Shown here: piece by piece, positions 1-9,622 of the stretch
How the letters are laid out: every line of letters begins with the position of its first letter
Position numbering within the stretch: the first letter of the stretch is position 1
Notes under the pieces: generated by a model
The model's input: only the letters and a program-made list of their open reading frames with translations
Told to the model about the DNA's origin: nothing
Databases searched by the model: none
DNA from: Anaerolineales bacterium
Lineage (GTDB): Bacteria > Chloroflexota > Anaerolineae > Anaerolineales > UBA11858
Assembly (NCBI GenBank): GCA_045888315.1
Contig: JBGCVQ010000051.1
Location: 13,038-77,037 of the forward strand
Length of the DNA stretch: 64,000 nt
Reading direction: 5' to 3'
Translations under genes and position numbers: made by a program

Positions 1-1
1 T

Positions 2-877
2 GTGGAAGGCGCTGTGATCGATGCGGGTCTGGAAGTCATCCAAACCGGCGAACCCCGACGGCTGCATTTTGGAGTAGCGGACGAGAATGCCTGGCAAGTA
101 GGCCTGTCCTGCGGGGGTGAGATCGAGATCTACGTTGAGCCGTTCGGCGCGGAAGAATTAGCCGGTTGGCGGAATGCCCTCCAGCTGAAAGCCCCTTTTT
201 GTAAAATCCTGGTCCTGGAAGGAGATCTGGATGTGCCGCAGGCCGGCTGGTTCGTCTTCGAACCGGGATCTTCAGGGGTAAGCGAAACCGGGCATGATAT
301 CCCTGAAGAGCTTCATCGCGCAGCCCAGGAAGCCTGCCTGACTGGGAAGAGCGCCTTGCTGAGCTTCCCTGCAGTGGAATACCCGGAAGTATTCCTGCAC
401 GTCTACCAGCCGCCGCAGAGGTTGATCGTGGTTGGCGGGGTGCACATCTCCATTCCCCTGGTCTCTCTGGCGAATACCCTCGGGTATGAGGTGATCCTGA
501 TCGATCCCCGCAGGCTGTTTGGGACGCGGGAGCGTTTTCCAGGAGTTACCAGGCTGCTCCAGGAATGGCCTCAGGAAGCATTTCTGAAGGTCCCGCTGAC
601 CAGCTCGACTGCTGTGGTTACCTTGACCCATGATCCCAAGATCGACGATCCGGCGCTCCTGGCGGCTTTGGATTCACCGGCTTATTATATCGGCGCGTTG
701 GGCAGCCGCAGGACCCATCAGAACAGAGTGAAACGGCTGCTGGATCAGGGCCTGGATCCGGGCGATCTGGAACGGATCCATGCGCCTGTGGGGTTGGACC
801 TGGGTGGGACTGCCCCGGAAGAGATCGCTCTGGCCGTGATGGCAGAGATCGTACAATGCTGGCATTCCCAAGGATAA
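2..877 (+). CDS. XdhC/CoxI-family molybdoenzyme accessory protein (5' end cut by window edge)
   Basis: N-terminal XdhC_CoxI-like block (VADENAWQVGLSCGGEIEIYVEP). Rossmann-like C-terminal half (LIVVGGVHISIPL..THDPKIDDPAL..YIGALGSRRT). Confidence 0.8.
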   Translation: MEGAVIDAGLEVIQTGEPRRLHFGVADENAWQVGLSCGGEIEIYVEPFGAEELAGWRNALQLKAPFCKILVLEGDLDVPQAGWFVFEPGSSGVSETGHDIPEELHRAAQEACLTGKSALLSFPAVEYPEVFLHVYQPPQRLIVVGGVHISIPLVSLANTLGYEVILIDPRRLFGTRERFPGVTRLLQEWPQEAFLKVPLTSSTAVVTLTHDPKIDDPALLAALDSPAYYIGALGSRRTHQNRVKRLLDQGLDPGDLERIHAPVGLDLGGTAPEEIALAVMAEIVQCWHSQG

Positions 878-881
878 ATGG

Positions 882-1748
882 ATGACCGATATTGCGCTGG
901 CTCTGGGCGGGGGAGGCTCCAAGGGGTATGCCCACCTGGGAGTGATCCGGGCTTTGGTCGAGATGGGTTTTACCATCAAGGCCATCGCCGGGACCAGCGC
1001 GGGCGGTATGGCAGCAGCAGTATACGCGGCAGGTTTCTCGCCGGATGAGATCCTGGAGCGCATCTCCTCCGTGCGCCAGGAGGATCTTTTCGGATTTGGT
1101 CGAGGGTTGGCCTTGTTAAGCAACACGGGCATCCGGAGCGTGCTGGAGGAATTCCTGGGAGATCGAAAATTCTCAGATCTGAGATTTCCCATTGCCCTCA
1201 GTGCAGTGGATCTGAAAGACATGTCAGAGGTGGTCCTCAAGGAGGGGAGGGTGCTGGATGCTGTAATGGCGACCACTGCCATACCTGGCGTATTTCCTCC
1301 CCAAGAGCTGCGAGAGCAGGTGCTGGTTGACGGAATGGTGCTGGATCCTGTTCCTGTCAGAACAGCGAGGAAACTTTCACCTGGGATACCGGTGATCGCA
1401 GTCTCGCTGACTCCTGAACCGGAGAAATGGAAGATCATCTCTCCCTGGGATTCGAAACCTGCCAATCCGCTGCTGCGCCCGATATCCCGTTTGCGCATAG
1501 CCAAAGCGTTTGACATCTACCTTCGTTCAATGGACATCACCCTCCATATGCTGGGAGAATTGCGGTTAGAGCTTGATGAACCTGAGCTGCTGCTGCGTCC
1601 TGACGTGGGCCATATTGGATCCCTGGACCAGGTGGATGTCAAGGAAGTGGCGCTGTTAGGAGACCTGGCGGTCCAGGAGGCTCATCAAGCCTTGAAGAAA
1701 TTAAAACGGCGTTCCAGGAGAAAAAAGCCATTCCTGGATCGGTATTGA
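882..1748 (+). CDS. Patatin-like phospholipase
   Basis: Oxyanion GGGGSKG, nucleophile elbow GTSAG, and a later D-G (LVDGMV) of the Ser-Asp dyad. Confidence 0.85.
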   Translation: MTDIALALGGGGSKGYAHLGVIRALVEMGFTIKAIAGTSAGGMAAAVYAAGFSPDEILERISSVRQEDLFGFGRGLALLSNTGIRSVLEEFLGDRKFSDLRFPIALSAVDLKDMSEVVLKEGRVLDAVMATTAIPGVFPPQELREQVLVDGMVLDPVPVRTARKLSPGIPVIAVSLTPEPEKWKIISPWDSKPANPLLRPISRLRIAKAFDIYLRSMDITLHMLGELRLELDEPELLLRPDVGHIGSLDQVDVKEVALLGDLAVQEAHQALKKLKRRSRRKKPFLDRY

Positions 1749-1867
1749 TCCAGAAGCGGTCTGTTCCACACTCTATTCTAAATAAGCTCCTGAAAATCAA
1801 CCTTTATTCACGAGGATTGTTTTAAATAATCCTCTGGTAGCTGTAATTTTCTGGCAAATCCATCCTC

Positions 1868-1876
1868 TGGTATGAT
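1868..1876 (+). promoter_or_regulatory. Candidate extended -10 element (TGGTATGAT) upstream of the DUF58 operon
   Basis: TGnTAnnAT-type motif in the 220-nt AT-rich intergenic region. It overlaps the second copy of an 11-bp direct repeat. Confidence 0.3.
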
Positions 1877-1969
1877 TTAGCCCTCTTTCAAAAATTCGAC
1901 TATTCTAATTGGGGTAGAATTACTCTACCAGAATGGGAAAACCTCCAAACCAATAAACTTGGCAGGGAT

Positions 1970-3238
1970 ATGAAACTCACCCGGATGAAGTTCAGACTCA
2001 AGATAATTCCCTATATCCTGCCTATCCTGTTCTTGAATCAGCTGCTGTCACCCCGCAAAGGCTGGATGATCCTCCTGGTGGGGTTGACAACAGCGTTTGT
2101 GCTCAGTTATTCCTGGGCGGTAACCCTCAAGAACGGAATCACCCTTGTCCGCGAGATGCGCTTCGGATGGTCCCAGGTAGGTGACCATCTCCAGGAACGG
2201 ATCAACCTCGATAACAGCGGCTGGGCACCAGCAGCCTGGATTTACCTGGAGGACCATTCAGACCTGGCGGGATACTCCGCCAGCAGGCTGACCAGGATCG
2301 GGGGAAATGCTCACCGGCAGTGGTTCGAGAGGGGAGTATGTGAAAGGCGGGGACTGTTCACCATCGGCCCGACAACCATCTACACCAGCGATCCTCTGGG
2401 ATTATTCGAGATCACGATTGAATACCCTGCAACATCGAATATGATGGTCATGCCTCCCATCGTCCGGCTGCCAGAGATCCAGGTGGCGCCAGGCGGCAGG
2501 ATCGGTGAAGGGGTTAATACCAAAAGTTCCTGGGATTATACAGTCACAGCCTCTGGCGTCCGCGAGTACCTGCCGGGAGACAGCCTGCGATATATCCATT
2601 GGCCGACCTCTGCCCGCCGGGGAGAATTGTTCGTCCGCACCTTTGACAGCACGCCAACCAGTGATCAATGGATCTTCTTGGATATGAACGGAAAGGTCCA
2701 CGCCGGAGAGGGCGAAGACGCTTCAGAAGAGCATGCGATCATCCTGGCTGCCTCGATGATGAACCGCTCCCTGGAGAATGGCTTGGCAGTAGGCCTGGGA
2801 GCAAACGGCCGGGAGCTTTCCTGGTACCAGCCTCGCTTTGATGAGACCCAGAAGTGGACGATCCTGCGGGCTCTAGCCCTGCTTGAAAAAGGGGACCAGC
2901 CCCTGGCTCGTTTACTAGAAGTTGCCCGCCAATCCCTCCGCTTCCGGTCCAGCATCATTGTCATCACCGCTGACCTCAGCGGGACCTGGATCCAGCCGCT
3001 GCTGCTGCTCAGAAAGAAGGGGATCATCCCCACCGTTCTAGTGCTCAATGCGCCTGCCTTTGGGGGGAGAGGCAACCTGGGATTCATTCAAGATCGACTT
3101 CTTTCCCTGGGGATCAATCATTTCACGATTGACCCGGATTTTCTGGATGGTATGGAACTGCAGCTCACCCCTGCGACCCAAACTAAGCGCGAAGAATATA
3201 TTGAAGCGAGGAAAGTGCACTGGAGGCCGCTGGTATGA
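1970..3238 (+). CDS. DUF58 domain protein (MoxR-associated, vWA-like)
   Basis: Two N-terminal TM helices and the DUF58 signature REYLPGDSLRYIHWPTSARRGELFVRTF. Its stop overlaps the next gene (ATGA-type). Confidence 0.85.
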   Translation: MKLTRMKFRLKIIPYILPILFLNQLLSPRKGWMILLVGLTTAFVLSYSWAVTLKNGITLVREMRFGWSQVGDHLQERINLDNSGWAPAAWIYLEDHSDLAGYSASRLTRIGGNAHRQWFERGVCERRGLFTIGPTTIYTSDPLGLFEITIEYPATSNMMVMPPIVRLPEIQVAPGGRIGEGVNTKSSWDYTVTASGVREYLPGDSLRYIHWPTSARRGELFVRTFDSTPTSDQWIFLDMNGKVHAGEGEDASEEHAIILAASMMNRSLENGLAVGLGANGRELSWYQPRFDETQKWTILRALALLEKGDQPLARLLEVARQSLRFRSSIIVITADLSGTWIQPLLLLRKKGIIPTVLVLNAPAFGGRGNLGFIQDRLLSLGINHFTIDPDFLDGMELQLTPATQTKREEYIEARKVHWRPLV

Positions 3239-5631
3239 GCACTCTCCTCGGTTCTCTCCGCAAGAAGGTCCCGCTCACTCAAGTGCTGTATATGTTATTG
3301 ATCTTCCTAAGCATGCGCGCTGTGCTTTTGGGTGTGGAATTAGTTGTGCGGGGAACGTCCGTGGCTGTGCTGCAGGTCATCATCCTCTTTGGCATTCTCT
3401 TGGGCTGGCTGTTAGCCCGATCCAGGATCAAATTGAGGCTGGCCGCACCGATCGCCCTGCTGTGCGGGATCGTCCTAACCGTGCTCCGGGTCAGTGGAAT
3501 GGGTAATGTGCTCTGGGATCTGCTGGGCGCCGGCCTGGGGTATCTCTGGCGCTATGCCCTTGAGAGGTCAGCCAACCCTGACCAATTGATATTCCTGACC
3601 TCTGTCCTCCAAGCGCGGTTCCTGGAAAGCTTGAACAGCATCTCCTTGTGGGTGAATGACCTGGCGACCGGGTTTGCAGTGTACAACCAGATCAGCACCC
3701 TGCTGTCCTGGGGATTGATCCTCTGGGTCTTTTCCTGCTGGTTTGCCTGGACTACTTTTCGGATGGATCAACCGATCTGGGGGATCCTCCCCCCAGGCGT
3801 GCTGCTATCGATCATGATGACCTATACCCTGGAGAGAAGATACACTTTAGTGATCTTGCTGGGCGCTGGACTGATCTTGATTGGCATGGTCAACTTTGAC
3901 GCCAAACAGCGTTCCTGGGAGCAGAATGGAGTCAAAGGGGCTGAAATCATCCGGGAGCGGGTATATTTGGCGATCCTGGGCTTCTCACTGTACACCATGG
4001 CATTTGCGGGTTTGATGCCCTCCATTCGTATCAGTCCCATTGCCGATCGTTTTGAGAAATTGGTATATGGAACCGAGGATTCAGAGGGAGGTGAGGGAGC
4101 TGCCGCATCGATCGAGGTGGGCGGTCTTAACAGCGAGCTGTACTCCATTGAAAGGTTCGCTGGCCTTCCCCGGCAGAAGCTGATCGGCTCAGGTCCTGAG
4201 CTGGCAAAACGGGTGGTGATGATCGTCAGCTATCCCACAACGTCTTTTGTGGACAGCGAACTGCCCAACGCTGCCCGTTATTGGCGGTCTTATACCTATG
4301 ACCGCTATACCGGCAGCGGTTGGCAGTCCAGCCCGACTGTTGAGGTCAGCTATCAGCCCGGCCAGGAGATCTCCCAGGTGGTCTCGGATTCCGAGGAGAT
4401 CATCACCCAGGAATTCCGTCTGAGCAATACGGTGAGAGGTACCCTGTTCTCCGCCGGACCACCGGTGACGATCGACCACGAGGTACTGGTTTCTTGGCGG
4501 TCGGATGATGGTGATGGGGCGGCTGGTGTGGGGGCGGTTGACGGCGGAGAGGACATCTTCGCGGTTACCTTTGATGCCCTGGTCTACCAGGTTCGTTCCC
4601 TGGTACCTCTGGCGACCGATGACCAGCTGCGGGAGGATTTCAGCGTTTATCCAACCTGGGTATCTGACCGCTACCTGGATCTACCTGAAAGTCTGCCTGA
4701 AAGAGTGCTGGATCTTGCCCTGGAGATCACCAAGGATCAACCCAGCCGCTACGACCAGGCCAAGGCGATCGAGAGCTTCTTGCGCACTTATCCTTATACG
4801 CTGGATATCTCTGCACCGCCCCAAGATCGGGATATCGCCGATTATTTCCTGTTCGACCTTCAAACGGGTTATTGCGATTATTATGCGACGTCCATGGTAG
4901 TGCTTGCCAGGGCTTCTGGTCTGCCTGCCAGATTGGTCGTTGGGTACGTTGGGGGATTGTACGATCCTGACAACGACTATTACCTGGTCTCTGAAGCGGA
5001 TGCCCATACCTGGGTCGAGGTCTATTTCAACGGCTATGGCTGGATCCCCTTTGAACCCACAGCTGCCAGGAGCTTGATCTCGGAAGAAGCTCAAGCCCTT
5101 CCTCTGCCGCCGGAATTGGCCAATTTGCCTCAATCCATCGAAACCCAAACCGAGCGCCATTTTCCGTACTGGCAGCTGGTCCCCGCTTTACTGCTGGCTG
5201 CAGGCCTGGGGTGGGTTGTGTACAGCCAGGCAGACCTGGCTCGCCTGCGGGGCATGGAAACTGCCAGCCTGGCCCTGGTCCTTTACCAGCGGCTTTACCG
5301 CTACGGCCGCTGGATGGACCTGGGTCATCGAAAATCAGACACGCCCTTTGAATTCAAAGAAAAGCTGATCGCTTTCCTCAACGAGAGCGCTGCTGCCCCC
5401 AGGAGGATGAAAAGACTGGCTGGTTTCCAGGGTGAGATCGATCAGCTGACGGACCACGCAGTAACTGCCTTCTTCAGCTCCCAAGAGCTGAGCAGGAATT
5501 TGAATACAGAGTTACTACAAACCTGGCTCAGCTTGCGATCGAAACTGAGGCAGGTGGTGTGGCGGAGCTGGCTGCGGACGCTGGTGAGCTGGTTGTTCTT
5601 CTGGGAAAAAGACAGGAATGGATATAATTGA
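3235..5631 (+). CDS. Transglutaminase-domain membrane protein (TgpA-like)
   Basis: Polytopic N-terminus. Transglutaminase core GYCDYYATSMVVLARASGLPARLVVGY..DAHTWVEVYF..GWIPFEPT (Cys-His-Asp/Glu). Confidence 0.85.
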   Translation: MSTLLGSLRKKVPLTQVLYMLLIFLSMRAVLLGVELVVRGTSVAVLQVIILFGILLGWLLARSRIKLRLAAPIALLCGIVLTVLRVSGMGNVLWDLLGAGLGYLWRYALERSANPDQLIFLTSVLQARFLESLNSISLWVNDLATGFAVYNQISTLLSWGLILWVFSCWFAWTTFRMDQPIWGILPPGVLLSIMMTYTLERRYTLVILLGAGLILIGMVNFDAKQRSWEQNGVKGAEIIRERVYLAILGFSLYTMAFAGLMPSIRISPIADRFEKLVYGTEDSEGGEGAAASIEVGGLNSELYSIERFAGLPRQKLIGSGPELAKRVVMIVSYPTTSFVDSELPNAARYWRSYTYDRYTGSGWQSSPTVEVSYQPGQEISQVVSDSEEIITQEFRLSNTVRGTLFSAGPPVTIDHEVLVSWRSDDGDGAAGVGAVDGGEDIFAVTFDALVYQVRSLVPLATDDQLREDFSVYPTWVSDRYLDLPESLPERVLDLALEITKDQPSRYDQAKAIESFLRTYPYTLDISAPPQDRDIADYFLFDLQTGYCDYYATSMVVLARASGLPARLVVGYVGGLYDPDNDYYLVSEADAHTWVEVYFNGYGWIPFEPTAARSLISEEAQALPLPPELANLPQSIETQTERHFPYWQLVPALLLAAGLGWVVYSQADLARLRGMETASLALVLYQRLYRYGRWMDLGHRKSDTPFEFKEKLIAFLNESAAAPRRMKRLAGFQGEIDQLTDHAVTAFFSSQELSRNLNTELLQTWLSLRSKLRQVVWRSWLRTLVSWLFFWEKDRNGYN

Positions 5632-5637
5632 TAGAGG

Positions 5638-6603
5638 ATGGAGCTGCCCATGGAAGATGTTAAGGAATTAACCACCAAAGTCGTACAGAATATCGAGAAG
5701 GTCATCATCGGAAAGCGCCGGGCAGTTCAGCTGGCTGTCCTGGGGCTGATCTGTGAAGGGCACGTGTTGATCGAGGACGTCCCAGGTGTGGGGAAGACCA
5801 TGCTTGCAAGAAGCCTGGCTCGATCGCTTGACTGCTCCTTCAGCCGGATCCAGTGTACTCCGGATATGCTTCCCAGCGATATCACGGGCGTAGAGATCTA
5901 CGACCAATCGGCCAAGGAATTCAAATTCGTGCCGGGGCCGATCCACAGTCAGATCGTCCTGGCGGATGAGATCAACCGGGCGACGCCAAAGACGCAATCA
6001 GCTTTGCTGGAAGCTATGCAGGAACGCCAGGTAACGATCGGTACGGAAACGCACATCCTGCCAGAGCCTTTCATGGTGCTGGCGACGCAGAACCCGATCG
6101 AATACGAAGGCACTTTTCCGCTTCCTGAGGCTCAACTGGACAGATTTTTTGTGAAGGTCAGTATAGGTTATCCGACCACGCTGGAAGAGATGTCCGTGAT
6201 CGAAAACCAGCAGATCGTTCATCCGATTGATTCCATCGAACCGGTCACCACTGCTGAAAAGATCAAAGCTGTCCAGCAGAAGATCAGGCAGGTCTACATC
6301 GCTGAGGCAGTGAAGAGGTACATCGTGGAGATCACCCAGAACACCCGGGCCGCTGAGTCTGTCTACTTGGGAGCAAGTCCCCGAGGAAGCCTGGCATTGG
6401 CCCGGGCCAGCCAAGCTTGGGCGGCGATGTATGGTCGGAATTATGTGATTCCGGATGATGTCAAAATGCTGGCCGAAGCCACTTTGGGCCACCGGGTGAT
6501 CCTCAGCTCCTCCGCCAGGCTGCAGGAGATCCGCACCGGGGACCTGATCCGTGATATCCTGCGCGATGTCCCCGTCCCCGGGGGAGATTACAAGGGTGAG
6601 TAG
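5638..6603 (+). CDS. MoxR-family AAA+ ATPase
   Basis: Walker A GVPGVGKT, Walker B ILLADEINRA-type (VLADEINRATPKTQSALLEAMQE), and the typical 320-aa MoxR length. Confidence 0.9.
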   Translation: MELPMEDVKELTTKVVQNIEKVIIGKRRAVQLAVLGLICEGHVLIEDVPGVGKTMLARSLARSLDCSFSRIQCTPDMLPSDITGVEIYDQSAKEFKFVPGPIHSQIVLADEINRATPKTQSALLEAMQERQVTIGTETHILPEPFMVLATQNPIEYEGTFPLPEAQLDRFFVKVSIGYPTTLEEMSVIENQQIVHPIDSIEPVTTAEKIKAVQQKIRQVYIAEAVKRYIVEITQNTRAAESVYLGASPRGSLALARASQAWAAMYGRNYVIPDDVKMLAEATLGHRVILSSSARLQEIRTGDLIRDILRDVPVPGGDYKGE

Positions 6604-6817
6604 GGATCTGCGGGAATACACCAAGAGCACCCAGCTGCGCTTGGTGGTGGGTTTCCTGCTGGTCATCTTTCTGGTAGGGGATGGCCTGATCTTCTTTTTT
6701 TACGGGAGAGGGGCGGGACTGGCGGGTTTGATCTGTCTGCTGGGCACCCTGATCCCAGTCTCACTGGTGGTGCTGTTCCTGTGGGTCGCCGACCGGGCAG
6801 TAAAAAAGCAGCGCTAG
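6596..6817 (+). CDS. Small two-TM membrane protein (hypothetical)
   Basis: The ORF is open from 6551. The GTG at 6596 has a GGGGAG Shine-Dalgarno 9 nt upstream and overlaps the moxR stop by 8 nt. The protein is hydrophobic (LVVGFLLVIFLVGDGLIFFF.., LICLLGTLIPVSLVVLFLWV). Confidence 0.5.
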   Translation: MSRDLREYTKSTQLRLVVGFLLVIFLVGDGLIFFFYGRGAGLAGLICLLGTLIPVSLVVLFLWVADRAVKKQR

Positions 6818-6855
6818 ATTTACGATCCGCTAGCGTGTGATCTATCCTTAATAAT

Positions 6856-6890
6856 AAAAAACGGCTTTCCCATTCGGGAAAGCCGTTTTT
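6856..6890. terminator. Bidirectional rho-independent terminator
   Basis: AAAAACGGCTTTCCC-ATTC-GGGAAAGCCGTTTTT lies between convergent genes. Confidence 0.85.
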
Positions 6891-6893
6891 CAA

Positions 6894-8762
6894 TTAATCA
6901 AGGGCTTGATGGAGGATTTCGATCACATCCAGGACCTGGATCTCTTCCGCCAGGCCTTTGGACCGCAGCGCGTCGTCGAACATGATCAAACAATAAGGGC
7001 AGGCAGTAGCGATCGTCTTGGCCTCAAGGTCAAGGGCCTGCTCCAGCCTGTGGCGGTTGATACGCGTCTCCGCGGCGGTTTCCAGCCACATCGCGCCACC
7101 GCCTCCTCCGCAGCAGAAGCTGTTACCCTTGGCATCCACCATTTCCAGGGCGGGATGGCCTGCTTGATCCAGCAGGGCCCGTGGTTGAGCGTAGATATCG
7201 TTGTAGCGGCCCAGGTAGCAGGAGTCATGGAAGGTCAGTCTCCCGTAATCCTTACCGTTCCCGGCCTTGAATCTGAGCCGAGAGAGATGCTCCGCCAGGA
7301 ATTCCGACCCGTGCTGGACCTGATAATTGCCTCCAAAGCGGGGGTATTCATGTTTGAGAGTGTTCAAGCCGTGAGGGCAGAGGGTGACGATCCGCTGGAA
7401 CTTGTATTCCCCAAAGAGCTTGATGTTTTCTTCGGCAGCTACCTGGAAGAGATATTCATTCCCCATCCGCCTGGCAGTTTCCCCACAGCACATCTCTGCG
7501 TCGCCCAGTACTCCGTAATCGACTTCCAGCTTGTTGAGGATCTCGATGAAAGCCCGGGTCACTTTGCGGTTGCGATCATCGAAGGATCCTGCACAGCCTA
7601 CGAAATAAAGCACATCCACTTCATCTCCAGGCGAGAGGATTTTCAGGTCCAGCCCTTCTGCCCAGCCCATCCGGGTTTGAGAAGGCATTCCCCAAGGATT
7701 ACCCTGGCGCTCGAAGTTCCGCAGCGTCTCACCCACTGTGCCAGGAACTTCCCCGGTCATCAGCACCTGGGCTCGGCGAATGTCAATCACCTCCTCAGGA
7801 GGTCGGATGAAAGCTGGGCAAACATCCAGGCAGTGCCCGCAGGTGGTGCAGGACCACAGGAACTCTTCCTCCAGCAGCCCTGGATTGAGATCGCTTTCAG
7901 AGCTGTTCCCAGGATTCAGGAGGGATTCCGCCATCCCTTCCCGGAGCATTAGCAGCAGTGACCGGGGGGAATAGGCCAGACCGCTCCTCGTCGCAGGGCA
8001 GACCTCCTCGCAGCGCCCGCACTGCAGGCAGGCATCGAAAGCCAGCAGGCTCAAAGAGGAAAAATCCTTGATCTCCCCCGCACCTAATACTTCCGCATCC
8101 ATCAGATCAGGGATGCTCTCCAGCTCGCCTTTTGGGCGGCTGGTTTTCAAGAAGATCTGGATAGGCGTGAAGACCATGTGGCGGAGTTTTGTGAAAGGAA
8201 TGCTGGCTGCCAGCATCAATCCCAACCCGACATGGCTCCAGAACAGCCAGGGGTGGATCACGGCTGCCTGCCCGGGTGTCAACCCTGTGCTTTCCCACAA
8301 AGCCGCACTGAACTTACCGATTGGCGACCAGTTTCCCCAGGCTGGGTTGAAAATGTATATTCGGAGGCCTTCAGTTGCAAAGCCCACCAGGGGGATGAGC
8401 GCCAGCATGATCAGGGCGAACAGGTCGTCCCAGGAGGTTTCCATGAATTTCGGCCGGATGATCCAGCGCCTGATCAGCGCCATCAATACGCCGACCAGGA
8501 TCATCACACCTGCCAGATCCATGATCAGCTCGTAACCAAAATAGACCGGCTGGCTGAATAAGGGCCAGGTGAAAGGCACAAACAAGCCCATCTGCATGAT
8601 CTTGATGGCAGTTCCCACTACCTGGATGAGCACACCCCAGAAGATCAGCAAGTGCATGATGCCTGGATAGAGCTTTTTCACTGTCCTGACCTGTCCCAAG
8701 GCATAGACCAGGAGATCACCGATCCGGGCCCAGGGTTTTTCAAGGCGTTGTTGTGTGGTCAC
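6894..8762 (-). CDS. Membrane-bound Fe-S oxidoreductase: fusion of a NarI/DsrM-like polytopic domain and an HdrD/DsrK-like domain
   Basis: The N-terminal ~200 aa has multiple TM helices with His residues (MHLLIFWG, IHPWLFWSHVGLG, KLRHMVF). It is followed by 2x CxxCxxCxxxCP (CLQCGRCEEVCP, CTTCGHCLDVCP) and two CCG-type Cys-rich domains (EMCCGETA, SFCCGGGGG). The GTG start overlaps the Rieske stop (GTGA). Confidence 0.8.
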   Translation of the reverse strand: MTTQQRLEKPWARIGDLLVYALGQVRTVKKLYPGIMHLLIFWGVLIQVVGTAIKIMQMGLFVPFTWPLFSQPVYFGYELIMDLAGVMILVGVLMALIRRWIIRPKFMETSWDDLFALIMLALIPLVGFATEGLRIYIFNPAWGNWSPIGKFSAALWESTGLTPGQAAVIHPWLFWSHVGLGLMLAASIPFTKLRHMVFTPIQIFLKTSRPKGELESIPDLMDAEVLGAGEIKDFSSLSLLAFDACLQCGRCEEVCPATRSGLAYSPRSLLLMLREGMAESLLNPGNSSESDLNPGLLEEEFLWSCTTCGHCLDVCPAFIRPPEEVIDIRRAQVLMTGEVPGTVGETLRNFERQGNPWGMPSQTRMGWAEGLDLKILSPGDEVDVLYFVGCAGSFDDRNRKVTRAFIEILNKLEVDYGVLGDAEMCCGETARRMGNEYLFQVAAEENIKLFGEYKFQRIVTLCPHGLNTLKHEYPRFGGNYQVQHGSEFLAEHLSRLRFKAGNGKDYGRLTFHDSCYLGRYNDIYAQPRALLDQAGHPALEMVDAKGNSFCCGGGGGAMWLETAAETRINRHRLEQALDLEAKTIATACPYCLIMFDDALRSKGLAEEIQVLDVIEILHQALD

Positions 8763-9193
8763 GCGGGCCCTCCTATGTAGATCTCACCATTGGTGATCGA
8801 TAGCGGGAGCTTTTCCAGCGGTAGGGGAGGTGGACCGGAGATCACATTTCCCTCATAGGGTTCGAAATATCCCTCATGGCAGGGACAGTGGATGACTCCT
8901 TCCTCCTGGTCCCATTTACAGATGCAGGCGAAATGGGTGCAAACCGCGGAGTAGGCCCGGAAACCCTGGTCGGTGTGGATCACCAGTGCTGGGTAGCGGC
9001 CGAAGGGAACCGTCAGGCTCTGACCAAGGGGGATATCCTCTTCCAAGCCAACCCTGACCGGGTCCGATGGTGTTTCTTCCAGGGAAGGGGGATAAAAATA
9101 GGCTAAGAAGGGCGCCAGCAAGGCGGATAATCCTGTTGCTGCCAAACCTTTCTTGATCAGGTCTAAGAAGTCGCGCCTGGTGAAATTGCTCAT
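8759..9193 (-). CDS. Rieske [2Fe-2S] protein with Tat signal
   Basis: Tat signal RRDFLDLIKKG. Rieske boxes CTHFAC and CPCHEGYF. Its ATG directly abuts the upstream stop (TAG|ATG). Confidence 0.9.
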   Translation of the reverse strand: MSNFTRRDFLDLIKKGLAATGLSALLAPFLAYFYPPSLEETPSDPVRVGLEEDIPLGQSLTVPFGRYPALVIHTDQGFRAYSAVCTHFACICKWDQEEGVIHCPCHEGYFEPYEGNVISGPPPLPLEKLPLSITNGEIYIGGPA

Positions 9194-9589
9194 CTAGCTC
9201 ACCTCCCCCCAGATAGTCAGGGCAATGATGATGATCACGGCTGCCAGCGCAAACCAGAACCGGATGCGAGAAGGCTTTTTTGTCTGGTCCTTTTTCGGGT
9301 CCAGGAAAGGCCAGACCATCAGCAGTAGAACGGCAACAACCGGGGCAGTCGCCCCCAGCGTTTCGGGGATGAAGCGCAGCAGCTGGTAGAGCGACAGGAA
9401 ATACCATTCCGGCTTGATATGGGCTGGTGTTTCCATCGGGTCAGCCGGGGCGCCCAGGCCGACCGGTATGAACAAGCCGATCGCCCCGATGACCAGGATC
9501 AAGATCCCAACGCCCAGGGCGACCTTAGCTTCCAGGGCCAGGTGATCGGGGTAGAACGGAACGCTTTTATCTTGTTTATCTTCTGTCAT
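9194..9589 (-). CDS. Cytochrome b C-terminal part / subunit IV (PetD-like)
   Basis: PFYPDHL..KPEWYFLSLYQLLRF motif and three TM helices. Confidence 0.85.
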   Translation of the reverse strand: MTEDKQDKSVPFYPDHLALEAKVALGVGILILVIGAIGLFIPVGLGAPADPMETPAHIKPEWYFLSLYQLLRFIPETLGATAPVVAVLLLMVWPFLDPKKDQTKKPSRIRFWFALAAVIIIIALTIWGEVS

Positions 9590-9622
9590 CAGATTGCTCC
9601 TGTAGATCTTTTGCCTGAGACA

